A stretch of 42,360 bases of DNA from an uncultured bacterium. Its GTDB lineage: Bacteria > J088. This document shows positions 26,084 through 35,268 of this stretch, one piece after another. The notes beneath the pieces are model-generated. The model did no database searches and was not told where the DNA came from. It was given only the letters and a program-made list of their open reading frames with translations. The stretch covers positions 1-42,360 of the forward strand of contig CAZUAB010000001.1 in the NCBI GenBank assembly GCA_964617795.1, written 5' to 3'. How positions within the stretch are numbered: position 1 is the first letter of the stretch; every line of letters starts with the position of its first letter. The position numbers and the translations under genes are program-made.

Positions 26084-27397
26084 TTAGGCCGCAGGGCGCG
26101 GGTCGGTATCGGCAACGGCGGACGACAAGACCTCGGTTGCCGCTTCGCGGAGCAATTCCAATCCTTCGCGCAGAGTCTCGATCGGGATATTGAGCGGCGG
26201 CATCACCTTGGCGACATCACTGTCAAAGCCCGCCGTTTCCATGATCAGGCCACGGCGAAACGCAGCGGCACAAATGTCGCCAGCGACACCCGGGATATCC
26301 ACGTGCAGGCCCTGGAAAAGCCCTTTCCCTCGTACCTCCATCGGCAAATCTGGACGCAGTGCGCGAAGTTCATCAAGCACTGCACGGACAATCTTGGCGC
26401 GTTCGGCGACACCCTTGGAGATCGAATCATCCACCCAAAAATCAAGGGCTTCGGTGGCGGTAACAAAGGCCAGATTGTTGCCACGGAAGGTTCCGTTGTG
26501 TTCGCCGGGCGACCATACATCCAGCTCGGGCCGCAACAAGACAATCGCCATGGGTTGCCCAAACCCCGAGATCGACTTCGACAGCGTCACTAGGTCAGGC
26601 ACGATACCAGCCTCTTCGAAACTGAAGAAAGACCCCGTACGCCCGCAGCCGGCCTGGATATCATCGACGATGAGCAGCGCGCCTTGATCACGCGCCAACT
26701 GAGCCAAGCCGCGCAGCCATTGGGCGGATGCCTGGTGCAGCCCCCCCTCGCCCTGCAAGGTCTCGACAATAAAGGCCGCCGGCTGATCAAGGCCGCTCGA
26801 TCCGTCTTCAAGATACTGCCGGATCAGCGACAATGAGTCCACGTCACCGTCGATCCAGCCCGCGAACGGCATGGGCCGCGCGAACGGCAGCGGCACCCCG
26901 GCGCCTTCACGCTTGGCGGAGTTCCCGGTCACCGACAGGGCGCCCAGTGTCATGCCATGAAAGCCGTTGGTAAACGAGACCACGGTGCTACGACCAGTAT
27001 ATTTTCGTGCCAGCTTAAGCGCCGCTTCAACCGCGTTGGTGCCGGTTGGACCTGTGAACTGGACGCGATAATCCAACCCGCGCGGCGCCAGGATGATCTC
27101 CTGAAATCGCTCCAGAAAACGCCGCTTGGCCACCGTATACAGATCAAGTGAGTGGGCGATCCCATCCGCCGCGACGTAATCAATCAGCGCGGCTTTGAGC
27201 TGGGGATGATTGTGCCCGTAATTAAGCGCGCCCGCCCCGGCAAAAAAATCAATCCAGCGGCGGCCGGATTCGTCAAAAAGTTCGGACCCGCGGGCGGTCG
27301 CTAGGACGGCAGGCAGGTCGCGGCAATAGCTCCGCACCACCGACTCATACTTCTGAAACGCCGCTGTTGCAGGATTTTCGTCAAGAGTAACAGACAT
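26084..27397 (-). CDS. ectB: Diaminobutyrate--2-oxoglutarate transaminase
   Basis: YESVVRSYCRDLPAVLATARGSELFDESGRRWIDFFAGAGALNYGHNHP, and PLP-Lys context LVTLSKSISGFGQPM. Confidence 0.93.
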   Translation of the reverse strand: MSVTLDENPATAAFQKYESVVRSYCRDLPAVLATARGSELFDESGRRWIDFFAGAGALNYGHNHPQLKAALIDYVAADGIAHSLDLYTVAKRRFLERFQEIILAPRGLDYRVQFTGPTGTNAVEAALKLARKYTGRSTVVSFTNGFHGMTLGALSVTGNSAKREGAGVPLPFARPMPFAGWIDGDVDSLSLIRQYLEDGSSGLDQPAAFIVETLQGEGGLHQASAQWLRGLAQLARDQGALLIVDDIQAGCGRTGSFFSFEEAGIVPDLVTLSKSISGFGQPMAIVLLRPELDVWSPGEHNGTFRGNNLAFVTATEALDFWVDDSISKGVAERAKIVRAVLDELRALRPDLPMEVRGKGLFQGLHVDIPGVAGDICAAAFRRGLIMETAGFDSDVAKVMPPLNIPIETLREGLELLREAATEVLSSAVADTDPRPAA

Positions 27398-27400
27398 GCT

Positions 27401-27964
27401 TCATTCCTCCTTGGTATTCGCACCGGCCACAACGGCAACCAGTGGTCCAATTACAATGCGATCTTCGTCTTCGTGCCCGTTCTCGGGGAACCACTCAGCC
27501 GGGAAACGTGGCTCGCTTGCCAGCGAGGCCCGGCGCCTGGCGGCAATGCCGTGGAACAAGGCACGCGACGGTTGGTTGTCAGGTGAAACCGTAGCTTCGA
27601 GTGTGTCGACGCCGAGTGGAATCTGCTCGTCGAGCACATCTTCGATCATCCGCGCGGCAAGCCCCTTACCGCGCCACGCATCGAGTACGCCAACCTGCCA
27701 GACAAACAAGGTGGATGGACGGTCAGGTGGCCGGTAAGCCGTCAGAAACGCAACCGGGGCTTCGCCGGCCCAGGCCAGGCGGCAGGTGGCTGCGAAATCC
27801 GAAGCCAACAAGAAATACAGGTAAGCCGAGTTGTGGTCGAGTGTGCCGCATTGCCGCACAAGGGACCATATCGCCGCGCCGTCGGAAGGGAGCGGTCGTC
27901 GAAGATCGATAGAGGCGTCGGAACCGAGAGAGACGGGGAACGCGGCCGGCGGCCGGTCGCTCAT
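27401..27964 (-). CDS. ectA: L-2,4-diaminobutyrate acetyltransferase
   Basis: ORF 27401..28105 trimmed to MSDRPPAAF. GNAT acetyl-CoA motif VWQVGVLDAWRGKGLAARMI. First position of an ectA-ectB-ectC row. Confidence 0.88.
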   Translation of the reverse strand: MSDRPPAAFPVSLGSDASIDLRRPLPSDGAAIWSLVRQCGTLDHNSAYLYFLLASDFAATCRLAWAGEAPVAFLTAYRPPDRPSTLFVWQVGVLDAWRGKGLAARMIEDVLDEQIPLGVDTLEATVSPDNQPSRALFHGIAARRRASLASEPRFPAEWFPENGHEDEDRIVIGPLVAVVAGANTKEE

Positions 27965-28052
27965 CCCTCGTGCAGGGTCTCGGTAGACACAATGGGAACG
28001 AATCGAAGCATACTCACATAGGATACCACATGGCCGTAAAATACCCCAGCTC

Positions 28053-28068
28053 CTGCAATGTATTGCAG
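28053..28068. promoter_or_regulatory. Perfect 7-2-7 palindrome upstream of ectA
   Basis: CTGCAAT-gt-ATTGCAG, about 90 nt upstream of the ectA ATG, next to an AT-richer stretch (GGGGTATTTTACGG). Confidence 0.3.
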
Positions 28069-28126
28069 CGCGAAGCCCCCGTCCCGACGGGCCTCGACCT
28101 CGCATGTCCCGCGACCTTTTTGGCGC

Positions 28127-31100
28127 TCAATCGCCGTCCGGTAGCTCCTTGCCGATCCACCACGAATACAGGGCCGGCAGCACCACCAACGTCAGCGCAA
28201 CAGATCCGATCATGCCGCCGACCATGGGCGCGGCGACGCGCTTCATCAGGTCGGCGCCGGTGCCGCTCGACCAAAGGATCGGCAACAGCCCGAGTGTGGT
28301 TGTTGCCGCCGTCATGACCTTCGGTCGAGCCCGGGCAGCAGCACCCTCAATGACGGCATTGCGAAACGCCCCGCTACTAAGCGAGCCATCGGACGCCTTC
28401 GCGCGATGTACCGCCTCGTCCAGATACACCAACATAACGACGGCTGTCTCGGCCGCTACACCGCAGAGTGCAATGATCCCGATCCATGCCGCTACCGACA
28501 GGTTGTAGCCAAGAATCGCCATCAGGCCAAATGCGCCGGTCGTCGCCATCGGAAGGCTCAGCATGACCATCGCGACCCGCGCGACACTGCGAAAATTGAG
28601 CCACAGCAGGAAGGCCACAAGGAGCAGTGTCAGCGGCACGACGACGCGCAGACGGGACTCGGCTCGTAACATCGCCTCGAACTTGCCCGACCAGACCAAA
28701 CGCACACCCGGCGGGAGTTCGACCGCTTGGGCCACCGCCGCCTGTGCCCGCGACACATAGCCGGCTAGGTCGTCGTCATCCGTGTCGACGTAAACCCACG
28801 CAGCCCTCGCACCATTCTCATTGCGCAGCTCCATCGCCCCCTCGACGCGCCGCAATTCAGCCAATGCGGCCAACGGCACCCAAGCGCCGCTTGGTGCGCG
28901 AATCTGCAGACGGGCCAAAGTCTCGGGGCTCTCACGCGCGTCTCTGGCCAAGCGCACCTGCACCGGATAACGCGCCGGTCCATCGATGATTTGGTCCACG
29001 GCCATCCCGCCGACAGCCGATTCCAGCCACATGCCGACAGCCTCTATCGTCAAGCCGTGGCGGGCAAGCGCAGCGCGATCCCAAACGACATCAAGATAAC
29101 TCGTTGCGCCAACGCGCTCGGCCAGCGCACTCAGCGTACCCGGCACCTCGGTCAAAACGGCCTCGATCTCCTCGGCGATTCGGCCACTGGCGACGATGTC
29201 GGGGCCCAGCACTTTGACGCCGACCGGTGTCCGGATACCGGTTGTCAGCATGTCGAGGCGACCGCGGATCGGCATAGTCCAGGCATTGGTCACCCCGGGC
29301 AGCCGTACGGCGGCATCCAACTCATCGATCAGGGCTTCCCAGGTCAGGCCGTCGCGCCATTCTGACTTGGGTTTGAGGACAATCGTCGTCTCAAGCATCG
29401 ACAACGGCGCCGGGTCGGTCGGTGTATCGGCACGGCCGGCCTTTCCAAAGACGCTTGCAACCTCGGGAACGGCCTTGATCGCCCGGCCTTGGATCTGCAT
29501 TAGCCGCTCGACCTCCCCGAGCGAAATGCCCGGCCACGTCGTCGGCATGTAAAGGATCGTGCCTTCACGAAGCGGCGGCATGAACTCGCGACCGAGGCTC
29601 GTTGCCAGCGGCCAAGCGGCGAGCAGTACCGCGAAACCGGCCCAGAGCACGGTCCGTGGCCATTTGAGCGTCCAAGTAACAATGGGGCGGTACACTGCGA
29701 TCAGCACACGCGACAGGTACAGCTCGCGCTCGGCACGAACGCGACCGCGAATGAGCAACACCGCGAGCGCCGGGACGAGGGTAACGCTGAGGATGGTTGC
29801 CCAGCCCATGGACAATGTTTTGGTCCAGGCCAAGGGATGAAACAGCCGCCCCTCCTCGGCTTCAAGCGCAAACACGGGCAAGAATGAAACCGTGATCACG
29901 GCCAGCGAGAAAAAAAGTGGCCGCCCAACCTCACGAGCGGCCGCAACAATGGTCGCCGTACGGTCGCCGCCGTCACCGTCCTCCAACCGCTTGTAGATGT
30001 TTTCAACGAGCACGATCGCCGCATCCACCATGGCGCCAACCGCGATGGCGATGCCGCCTAGGCTCATCAGGTTCGAGCCGATCCCCAATGCGGCCATGGG
30101 TATGAACGAGAATAGGATCGCCAAGGGCAACATCAGCAGCACAACCAGAACGCCGGCGGCCTGACCGAGGAACAGCGCGACGACCGCCGCCACCACCAGC
30201 ATCTCTTCGATCAGCTTCCAACGCAGGGTGTCGATCGAGGCGCGGATCAGGTCACTGCGATCATACGCCACCTCGACCTCGACACCCGGTGGCAACGACG
30301 GCCGAAGCTCAACCAAACGCGCCTTGACACGCTCCACCACATCGAGCACATTCTCGCCGAATCGGACGACGACAATCGCGCCAATGGCCTCCCCCTCACC
30401 GTTCCAATCCGTCACCCCGCGGCGCATACCTGGGCCCCAGCCAACGGCGCCTAGCATGCCGACGGTTACGGGCTTCCCGTCGTGAACTTTGACAACGGCC
30501 TCAGCCACGGCTGTGATATCTTTTGCGTACCCCCGGCCGCGGAGAATGACCTCACGACCGCCAACCTCGATCATGCCCCCACCAACTTCGCGATTTGCCG
30601 CCCGCACCGCCTGCACAACCGCCGGGACGTCGACATCGTGGACCTGCAGGCGAACAGGATCAAGCCGCACTTCGAGTTGGCGCTCGGCGCCGCCAACCGT
30701 GGCAACTTCGGCGACGCCGGGCAGCGATTGCAATTCGTAGCGCAAAGTCCAATCTTGAAAGCTGCGCAAATCCTCAGTCGAGTTTCGACCGCTGCGGTCG
30801 ATCAGCACATACTGGAACCCCCAACCGACGCCTGTCGCATCGGGACCCAGCAGCGGCTCGGCCCCATCCGGTAGGCGCCCGCGGGCCGAGGCCAACGTTT
30901 CGGCCACGCGGCTGCGGGCCCAATACAAATCCACGCCGTCTTCAAAAATGACGTAAACCCACGTTTGCCCGAACGTCGACAGCCCGCGCACCGTCTTGAC
31001 GCGCGGGCCGCCCACAAGCGCGGTAACAATCGGCTGCGTCAGTTGGTCTTCGACGAGATCGGCGGACCGCCCCGGCCATGCGGCATGAACGATGACCTGC

Positions 31101-31237
31101 GTATCGGACAGGTCGGGGATGGCGTCGAGTTGGATCGTATTCAGCGCCCGCAAACCCAGGGCCGCAAGCAATAAGGTGGCGGCCAGCACCCAGCCGCGAT
31201 GCCGTGCCGACCATTCGATCAGTCGATCAATGCCCAT
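28127..31237 (-). CDS. cusA: Cu(I)/Ag(I) RND efflux pump, CusA type
   Basis: ORF 28127..31639 trimmed to MGIDRLIEWSARHRGWVL. The three Met of the E. coli CusA metal site are conserved in context: ILYMPTT, APLSMLETT, RLDMLTTG. Confidence 0.93.
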   Translation of the reverse strand: MGIDRLIEWSARHRGWVLAATLLLAALGLRALNTIQLDAIPDLSDTQVIVHAAWPGRSADLVEDQLTQPIVTALVGGPRVKTVRGLSTFGQTWVYVIFEDGVDLYWARSRVAETLASARGRLPDGAEPLLGPDATGVGWGFQYVLIDRSGRNSTEDLRSFQDWTLRYELQSLPGVAEVATVGGAERQLEVRLDPVRLQVHDVDVPAVVQAVRAANREVGGGMIEVGGREVILRGRGYAKDITAVAEAVVKVHDGKPVTVGMLGAVGWGPGMRRGVTDWNGEGEAIGAIVVVRFGENVLDVVERVKARLVELRPSLPPGVEVEVAYDRSDLIRASIDTLRWKLIEEMLVVAAVVALFLGQAAGVLVVLLMLPLAILFSFIPMAALGIGSNLMSLGGIAIAVGAMVDAAIVLVENIYKRLEDGDGGDRTATIVAAAREVGRPLFFSLAVITVSFLPVFALEAEEGRLFHPLAWTKTLSMGWATILSVTLVPALAVLLIRGRVRAERELYLSRVLIAVYRPIVTWTLKWPRTVLWAGFAVLLAAWPLATSLGREFMPPLREGTILYMPTTWPGISLGEVERLMQIQGRAIKAVPEVASVFGKAGRADTPTDPAPLSMLETTIVLKPKSEWRDGLTWEALIDELDAAVRLPGVTNAWTMPIRGRLDMLTTGIRTPVGVKVLGPDIVASGRIAEEIEAVLTEVPGTLSALAERVGATSYLDVVWDRAALARHGLTIEAVGMWLESAVGGMAVDQIIDGPARYPVQVRLARDARESPETLARLQIRAPSGAWVPLAALAELRRVEGAMELRNENGARAAWVYVDTDDDDLAGYVSRAQAAVAQAVELPPGVRLVWSGKFEAMLRAESRLRVVVPLTLLLVAFLLWLNFRSVARVAMVMLSLPMATTGAFGLMAILGYNLSVAAWIGIIALCGVAAETAVVMLVYLDEAVHRAKASDGSLSSGAFRNAVIEGAAARARPKVMTAATTTLGLLPILWSSGTGADLMKRVAAPMVGGMIGSVALTLVVLPALYSWWIGKELPDGD

Positions 31238-32489
31238 GGTTGTCCACCTCACCGAAGCGCTCGACGGCGGCTCGGAGTGCACCTTCGCCATCGACGAGGA
31301 ACACGGCGCCGCGGACAATCCGTTCGCCAGCCGTGAGTGGTCCCTCGACGAGCGCCCTCCCGTCGCCCTCGGCGCGTACAGCCACCATGATCGGCGCCAA
31401 GCGCCCGTCACCCTCGTCTCGCCACACCCACGCCTTGTCACCGGCATGAACAAGGGTGTCGCTCGGCACGACCAAGCCGTGTCCCAGTGTCGTCTGCATG
31501 TGTACCTCAACCCAGTCGCCATCACGGAGGGCCGCATCCTCGCCACGCAGGACGTAACGTGCGATCTGCCGGCGGGTCGTGCGGTCAACCTGTCCATCGA
31601 CAGCGAGCAAGGCCGCGACCGTGCGCCCGCCGACCGCATCGACCACCAATGCCGTTGCAGGCGCCGCGGCCGTCAGCAGTACTTCGGGCGGCAGCCAAGC
31701 GTCAATCCACAACTCCCCGAGGTCAGCGATGATGAACAGCTCGCCCATGGAATCGATTTGCATACCCTCGGCCGCCATGACCTCGCGCACGATTCCGTCG
31801 ACCGGACTCCGCAACGGCAAGCGCCGCCTTGCTTGGCCGCTACGTTCGACGTTTGCAATGTCCCGATCGGCAACACCCCAACGGCGCAGTCGGTCACGTG
31901 AGGCCTCGGCCAAGCCAACCTGCCCCGCACGCACCGCAGCCAAAAGCTCCTCCTGCGTCGCCACCCAAACCGGGGCGTAAATTTCGACGAGCGACTGCCC
32001 ACGTCGCACATAGGTGCCCGGCGTTGCGATGTCCACACCTTCGACCCAGCCTGGGCTGCGCGCGTGGACATGGTGGAGGCGGGCCGTCGGTGTACGCACG
32101 TCGCCCGGCACCCGCCAAGTCAACGTCAATGTGGCAGTGGTCACGGCCACGGTGCGCAGGCCGATCGCCTGCCGCCGCGCCGAATCGATCACAACAGCAG
32201 CCCGGCCCCCCGCAGCGGTTACCCCGTCGCCAAATGATGCATTGTGGCTGGGCTCCACTGGAACCAATGCCATACCGCAAATCGGGCACGAACCCGGTTT
32301 GTGAGAGGTGATGTGCGGATGCATTGGGCACTGCCAGAGCTGCGTCTCTGCCGGTTTTGTCGCGGCCGTGTGCTCGGCATGGCCATCCGTGTTCCCCGGC
32401 GCCGCGTCGCGACACCCCGGGCCCGTAAGCAGCGTAAGCAGAAGCATGGGCAGAGCAAGAGCATACAGCAATCCTGTTCGAGATTTCAT
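31227..32489 (-). CDS. cusB: RND periplasmic adaptor with N-terminal heavy-metal-binding domain
   Basis: ORF trimmed to MKSRTGLLYALALPMLLLTLLTGPGC. Motif QCPMHPHITSHKPGSCPICGMALVP. ATGA overlap with the upstream OMF gene, and its 3' end overlaps the cusA start by 11 nt. Confidence 0.88.
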   Translation of the reverse strand: MKSRTGLLYALALPMLLLTLLTGPGCRDAAPGNTDGHAEHTAATKPAETQLWQCPMHPHITSHKPGSCPICGMALVPVEPSHNASFGDGVTAAGGRAAVVIDSARRQAIGLRTVAVTTATLTLTWRVPGDVRTPTARLHHVHARSPGWVEGVDIATPGTYVRRGQSLVEIYAPVWVATQEELLAAVRAGQVGLAEASRDRLRRWGVADRDIANVERSGQARRRLPLRSPVDGIVREVMAAEGMQIDSMGELFIIADLGELWIDAWLPPEVLLTAAAPATALVVDAVGGRTVAALLAVDGQVDRTTRRQIARYVLRGEDAALRDGDWVEVHMQTTLGHGLVVPSDTLVHAGDKAWVWRDEGDGRLAPIMVAVRAEGDGRALVEGPLTAGERIVRGAVFLVDGEGALRAAVERFGEVDNHGH

Positions 32490-33754
32490 GGCATATCCTT
32501 CCGCGGCATCAACCGCCCGGCGACCGCCAGCCAATTTGCCTCGAGCATACGTCGCTCAGAGACTTCCACGGCCAGCATCCGTTCCGACATCCATTCCCGC
32601 TCGGCGGCATCAAGCACTTCAATCAAATCGCCGTTCCCGGCCCGATAGGCCTCCCAAGTCGCCGTCCGGGCGGTTGCCAGTGCCGGCAACTCCACCTGAC
32701 GCCGACTATATTCCCGCGCCCGCTGGGCCGCGAGGCGGGCCGACCAGCCGGCCAGCCGTGACTCAAGATCAAGCTGCCGCCCGGCCTGCTCGGCCTCGGC
32801 GGCAGCAAGGCCGGCGCGCGCCGCATCGACCTGCGGCGCTTGGCGACGCGCCCCCCAGATCGGCACCCCAACGCCGATCATTGCACTCAAGGCGTCCATC
32901 CCGGTGCGGACGCCGTAACGCACGCCCAGCTCGATTTCGGGGACCCAGGCCCCTCGCTGCCGCGCCAATTCGGCACCAGCGGCCTCGGACTCGGCCTTGG
33001 CTGCCCGCAACGCGGGGCTCGCTGCAACAGCGGTGGTTACGGGGCCCGGCTGCCACGTGGCCGTACTGCTCGCGGGAGGTCCGTCTAGCAGCGGCCGCAC
33101 AGTGCCGGGGACAGTGGCGGCCCATTCGGCATCGGCCGCGCTCAATCGTGCCGCCATGACCGCGCGCTCTCCGTCCAGCGCCGCAAGGTCGGCTTTGAGA
33201 CGAGCAGCCTCACGGGCATCGCCTTTGCCTTCGCCGTAACGGCTTGCCGCCGTTGCAGCCACCACCTGCAGCCACGCTCTGGCGCGATCGATCACCGCAA
33301 GCTCCGCCTGCCAGCGTGCTACCTCGAAGGCCAGCGCGGCCAGCCGCAGGGCCAACATGTTGAAATTGGCCTCGGCGGCGGCGGCCGCCGCCTCACCGGA
33401 CCACTGGCCGCGACGACGCTCGGCGCCGAGGCCAACCGGCGTCCAACGCTGGCGAATACCAATCATCGGCAGCTCCGCCATTGGCGCCATGGCAGGGTCC
33501 CCACCGACGGGCCACATCGCCACCCCGACTTCGAGCATGGGATCCATCGGTGCGCCCGTGGCGCGCCCGATTGCCGTGCGCCTATCGCGTTCGGCAGCCA
33601 CCGCACGCCCCCCAGGGGCGTTGGCGAGAGCCTCGAATGCGGGCGCAATCTGCGCCCACCAAGCCGGTCGCTCCTCCCCATGGGCAGACGATGCACCGAC
33701 TACGGTGAGCAGAAGGATCCACGCCGTCAGGCGTGGCGCTCGGAATGAAAACAT
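32486..33754 (-). CDS. cusC: TolC-like outer-membrane efflux factor
   Basis: Signal peptide MFSFRAPRLTAWILLLTVVGASSAHG and two-repeat Ala/Arg-rich coiled OMF architecture. First gene of the C-B-A row. Confidence 0.8.
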   Translation of the reverse strand: MFSFRAPRLTAWILLLTVVGASSAHGEERPAWWAQIAPAFEALANAPGGRAVAAERDRRTAIGRATGAPMDPMLEVGVAMWPVGGDPAMAPMAELPMIGIRQRWTPVGLGAERRRGQWSGEAAAAAAEANFNMLALRLAALAFEVARWQAELAVIDRARAWLQVVAATAASRYGEGKGDAREAARLKADLAALDGERAVMAARLSAADAEWAATVPGTVRPLLDGPPASSTATWQPGPVTTAVAASPALRAAKAESEAAGAELARQRGAWVPEIELGVRYGVRTGMDALSAMIGVGVPIWGARRQAPQVDAARAGLAAAEAEQAGRQLDLESRLAGWSARLAAQRAREYSRRQVELPALATARTATWEAYRAGNGDLIEVLDAAEREWMSERMLAVEVSERRMLEANWLAVAGRLMPRKDMP

Positions 33755-33827
33755 GAGAACTCCTCCGGGATCGATCCATCAGGGGCCGGGAGCCGGTTCG
33801 AGCACGAACCGGCAACGACGCCGGAGA

Positions 33828-34253
33828 TCAGATCCGGAGGATGCCGTGCAGAAGGGTCAGGTCCGAGTGTGCAGGTGGACCGCGGTCGACTGCTGCAGCC
33901 CGTACGAGCAAAGTGAGTGGGCCTGTGCCGGCCAGCGAAGGCAGCAAGGCCGGTGCCACGGTCGTGGCGTCTGGCATGTGTGGGGCGGCACGCAGTCCCA
34001 AATGATCCATGCGGCAATCGTCGGCGCCGACCGCGTCATCGGCGCTGACCGCATAACCCGCCGCGAGCGCGGGCGCCAGCAATGCTGTTTTGTGACATGG
34101 CGCCTCGGACGTTGCGACGGTGGCGGCGAACGCGGCCAGGGGACCGGACGCGCAGCACTGCTCCCCAGCCCACGCAGCGGCGGGTGTTCCCAGAGGTAGC
34201 AGAACCGCCATCAAGGCGGCAATCGCTCGTAAACGACGCATCATGGGCATCAT
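33828..34253 (-). CDS. Small secreted Cys/His-rich protein upstream of cusCBA (CzcI-like?)
   Basis: Signal peptide MMRRLRAIAALMAVLLPLGTPAAAWA. Motifs EQCCASG, APCHKT, DDCRMDH and PHMPD. The position is analogous to czcI. The true start may be the 4th or 5th Met codon (34244 or 34241). Confidence 0.5.
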   Translation of the reverse strand: MMPMMRRLRAIAALMAVLLPLGTPAAAWAGEQCCASGPLAAFAATVATSEAPCHKTALLAPALAAGYAVSADDAVGADDCRMDHLGLRAAPHMPDATTVAPALLPSLAGTGPLTLLVRAAAVDRGPPAHSDLTLLHGILRI

Positions 34254-34278
34254 AAGCGTACCGCCTATGTCCTGTCAA
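34249..34278 (-). promoter_or_regulatory. Sigma-70-like promoter TTGACA-N18-TATGAT overlapping the first ATG codons of the small Cys/His gene
   Basis: Minus strand reads CTTGACAGGACATAGGCGGTACGCTTATGATGCCCATGATGCGT. A start site 7-8 nt after the -10 would fall on the A of the ATG at 34241-34244, giving a leaderless mRNA. Confidence 0.35.
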
Positions 34279-34326
34279 GGGAGCGATGCGTAAGCCTCGT
34301 GGACCGCTGGTATACTCAATAGCGCG

Positions 34327-35268
34327 ATGCAATGTAGCGACGCCACGGCCAAGCCGGGCCGCAACGACCCTTGTTGGTGCGGCAGCGGCCTCAAGTACAA
34401 GAAGTGCCACCTCGACGTGGACCGTCGGGAAAATGGCGGTCCTCTGCGCGGCGACGGGCCGCCGCCGCTCGACCCGTCGCTCTGGGACGGCATGCGACGT
34501 GCTGGCGCCGCCAACGGCAAAGTGCTCGATTTTCTGCGGCCGCATGTGCAACCGGGAGTGTCAACAGCCGCCATCGACAAGCTCGCACATGACTTCATCG
34601 TCGACCACGGCTGGCTCCCGGCCTGTCTCGGATACAAGGGCTACACACGCACCCTCTGCATCTCGCGCAATGAAGTCGTCTGCCACGGCATCCCCTCGGA
34701 TGACGAGCGGCTGCAGGAAGGCGATATCGTCAATATCGACTCGAGCGTCATCGTCGACGGTTATTTTGGCGACTCCTCCGAAACCTTCCTCCTCGGTGAG
34801 GTCGATGAGGCCGGGCGCCGTCTCGTTCAGACGACCGCCGAGGCCACCTTGCTCGGCCTCGAAGCCGTGCGTGCCGGCGGGCGCCTGCGCGATGTCGGCG
34901 CCGCCATTCAACCCTTCGTCGAGGCGCGCGGCTACACCGTGGTACGAGAGTTCACCGGCCATGGTATCGGCCGCCGATTCCACGAGGCATTCAGCGTGTT
35001 TCATCACGTCGGCCCCGGTACGGATGACTTTGTGCTGCGACCGGGCCACTGCTTCACCGTCGAACCCATGGTCAACGAGGGGGACTGGCGCACCGAGGTC
35101 GATACCCGCGACGGCTGGACTGCGCGGACGCGTGATCGCAAACGATCGGCACAGTTCGAACATACGGTGCTCGTGACGCCAGATGGACCCGAGATTTTAA
35201 CCCTGACGCCGCGGCAGCGTGCCGCTGGCAAGCGTATCATCATCGACGGACTGGAGTGGTCAGCATGA
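34327..35268 (+). CDS. map: Type I methionine aminopeptidase with N-terminal SEC-C zinc motif
   Basis: SEC-C motif NDPCWCGSGLKYKKCH. MetAP metal ligands in DIVNIDSSVIVDGYFGDSS, GHGIG, FTVEP, QFEHT. TATACT lies about 10 nt upstream of the ATG. Confidence 0.9.
   Translation: MQCSDATAKPGRNDPCWCGSGLKYKKCHLDVDRRENGGPLRGDGPPPLDPSLWDGMRRAGAANGKVLDFLRPHVQPGVSTAAIDKLAHDFIVDHGWLPACLGYKGYTRTLCISRNEVVCHGIPSDDERLQEGDIVNIDSSVIVDGYFGDSSETFLLGEVDEAGRRLVQTTAEATLLGLEAVRAGGRLRDVGAAIQPFVEARGYTVVREFTGHGIGRRFHEAFSVFHHVGPGTDDFVLRPGHCFTVEPMVNEGDWRTEVDTRDGWTARTRDRKRSAQFEHTVLVTPDGPEILTLTPRQRAAGKRIIIDGLEWSA

Noticed and set aside
31238-31639. N-terminal extensions of listed ORFs: cusA to 31639, ectA to 28105, MAPEG to 16250, TauE to 12378, CCP to 37703, CheY to 18895, SDR to 41540.
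   Set aside because: The extensions overlap upstream genes or are Arg-rich junk. Internal starts give proper signal peptides or domain starts, and often ATGA/GTGA coupling or a GGAGG-type ribosome-binding site.
25674-33754. ectABC plus cusCBA as a horizontally acquired stress island.
   Set aside because: I see no compositional break, flanking tRNA, integrase or direct repeats. Adjacency of two common stress operons is not evidence of mobility.
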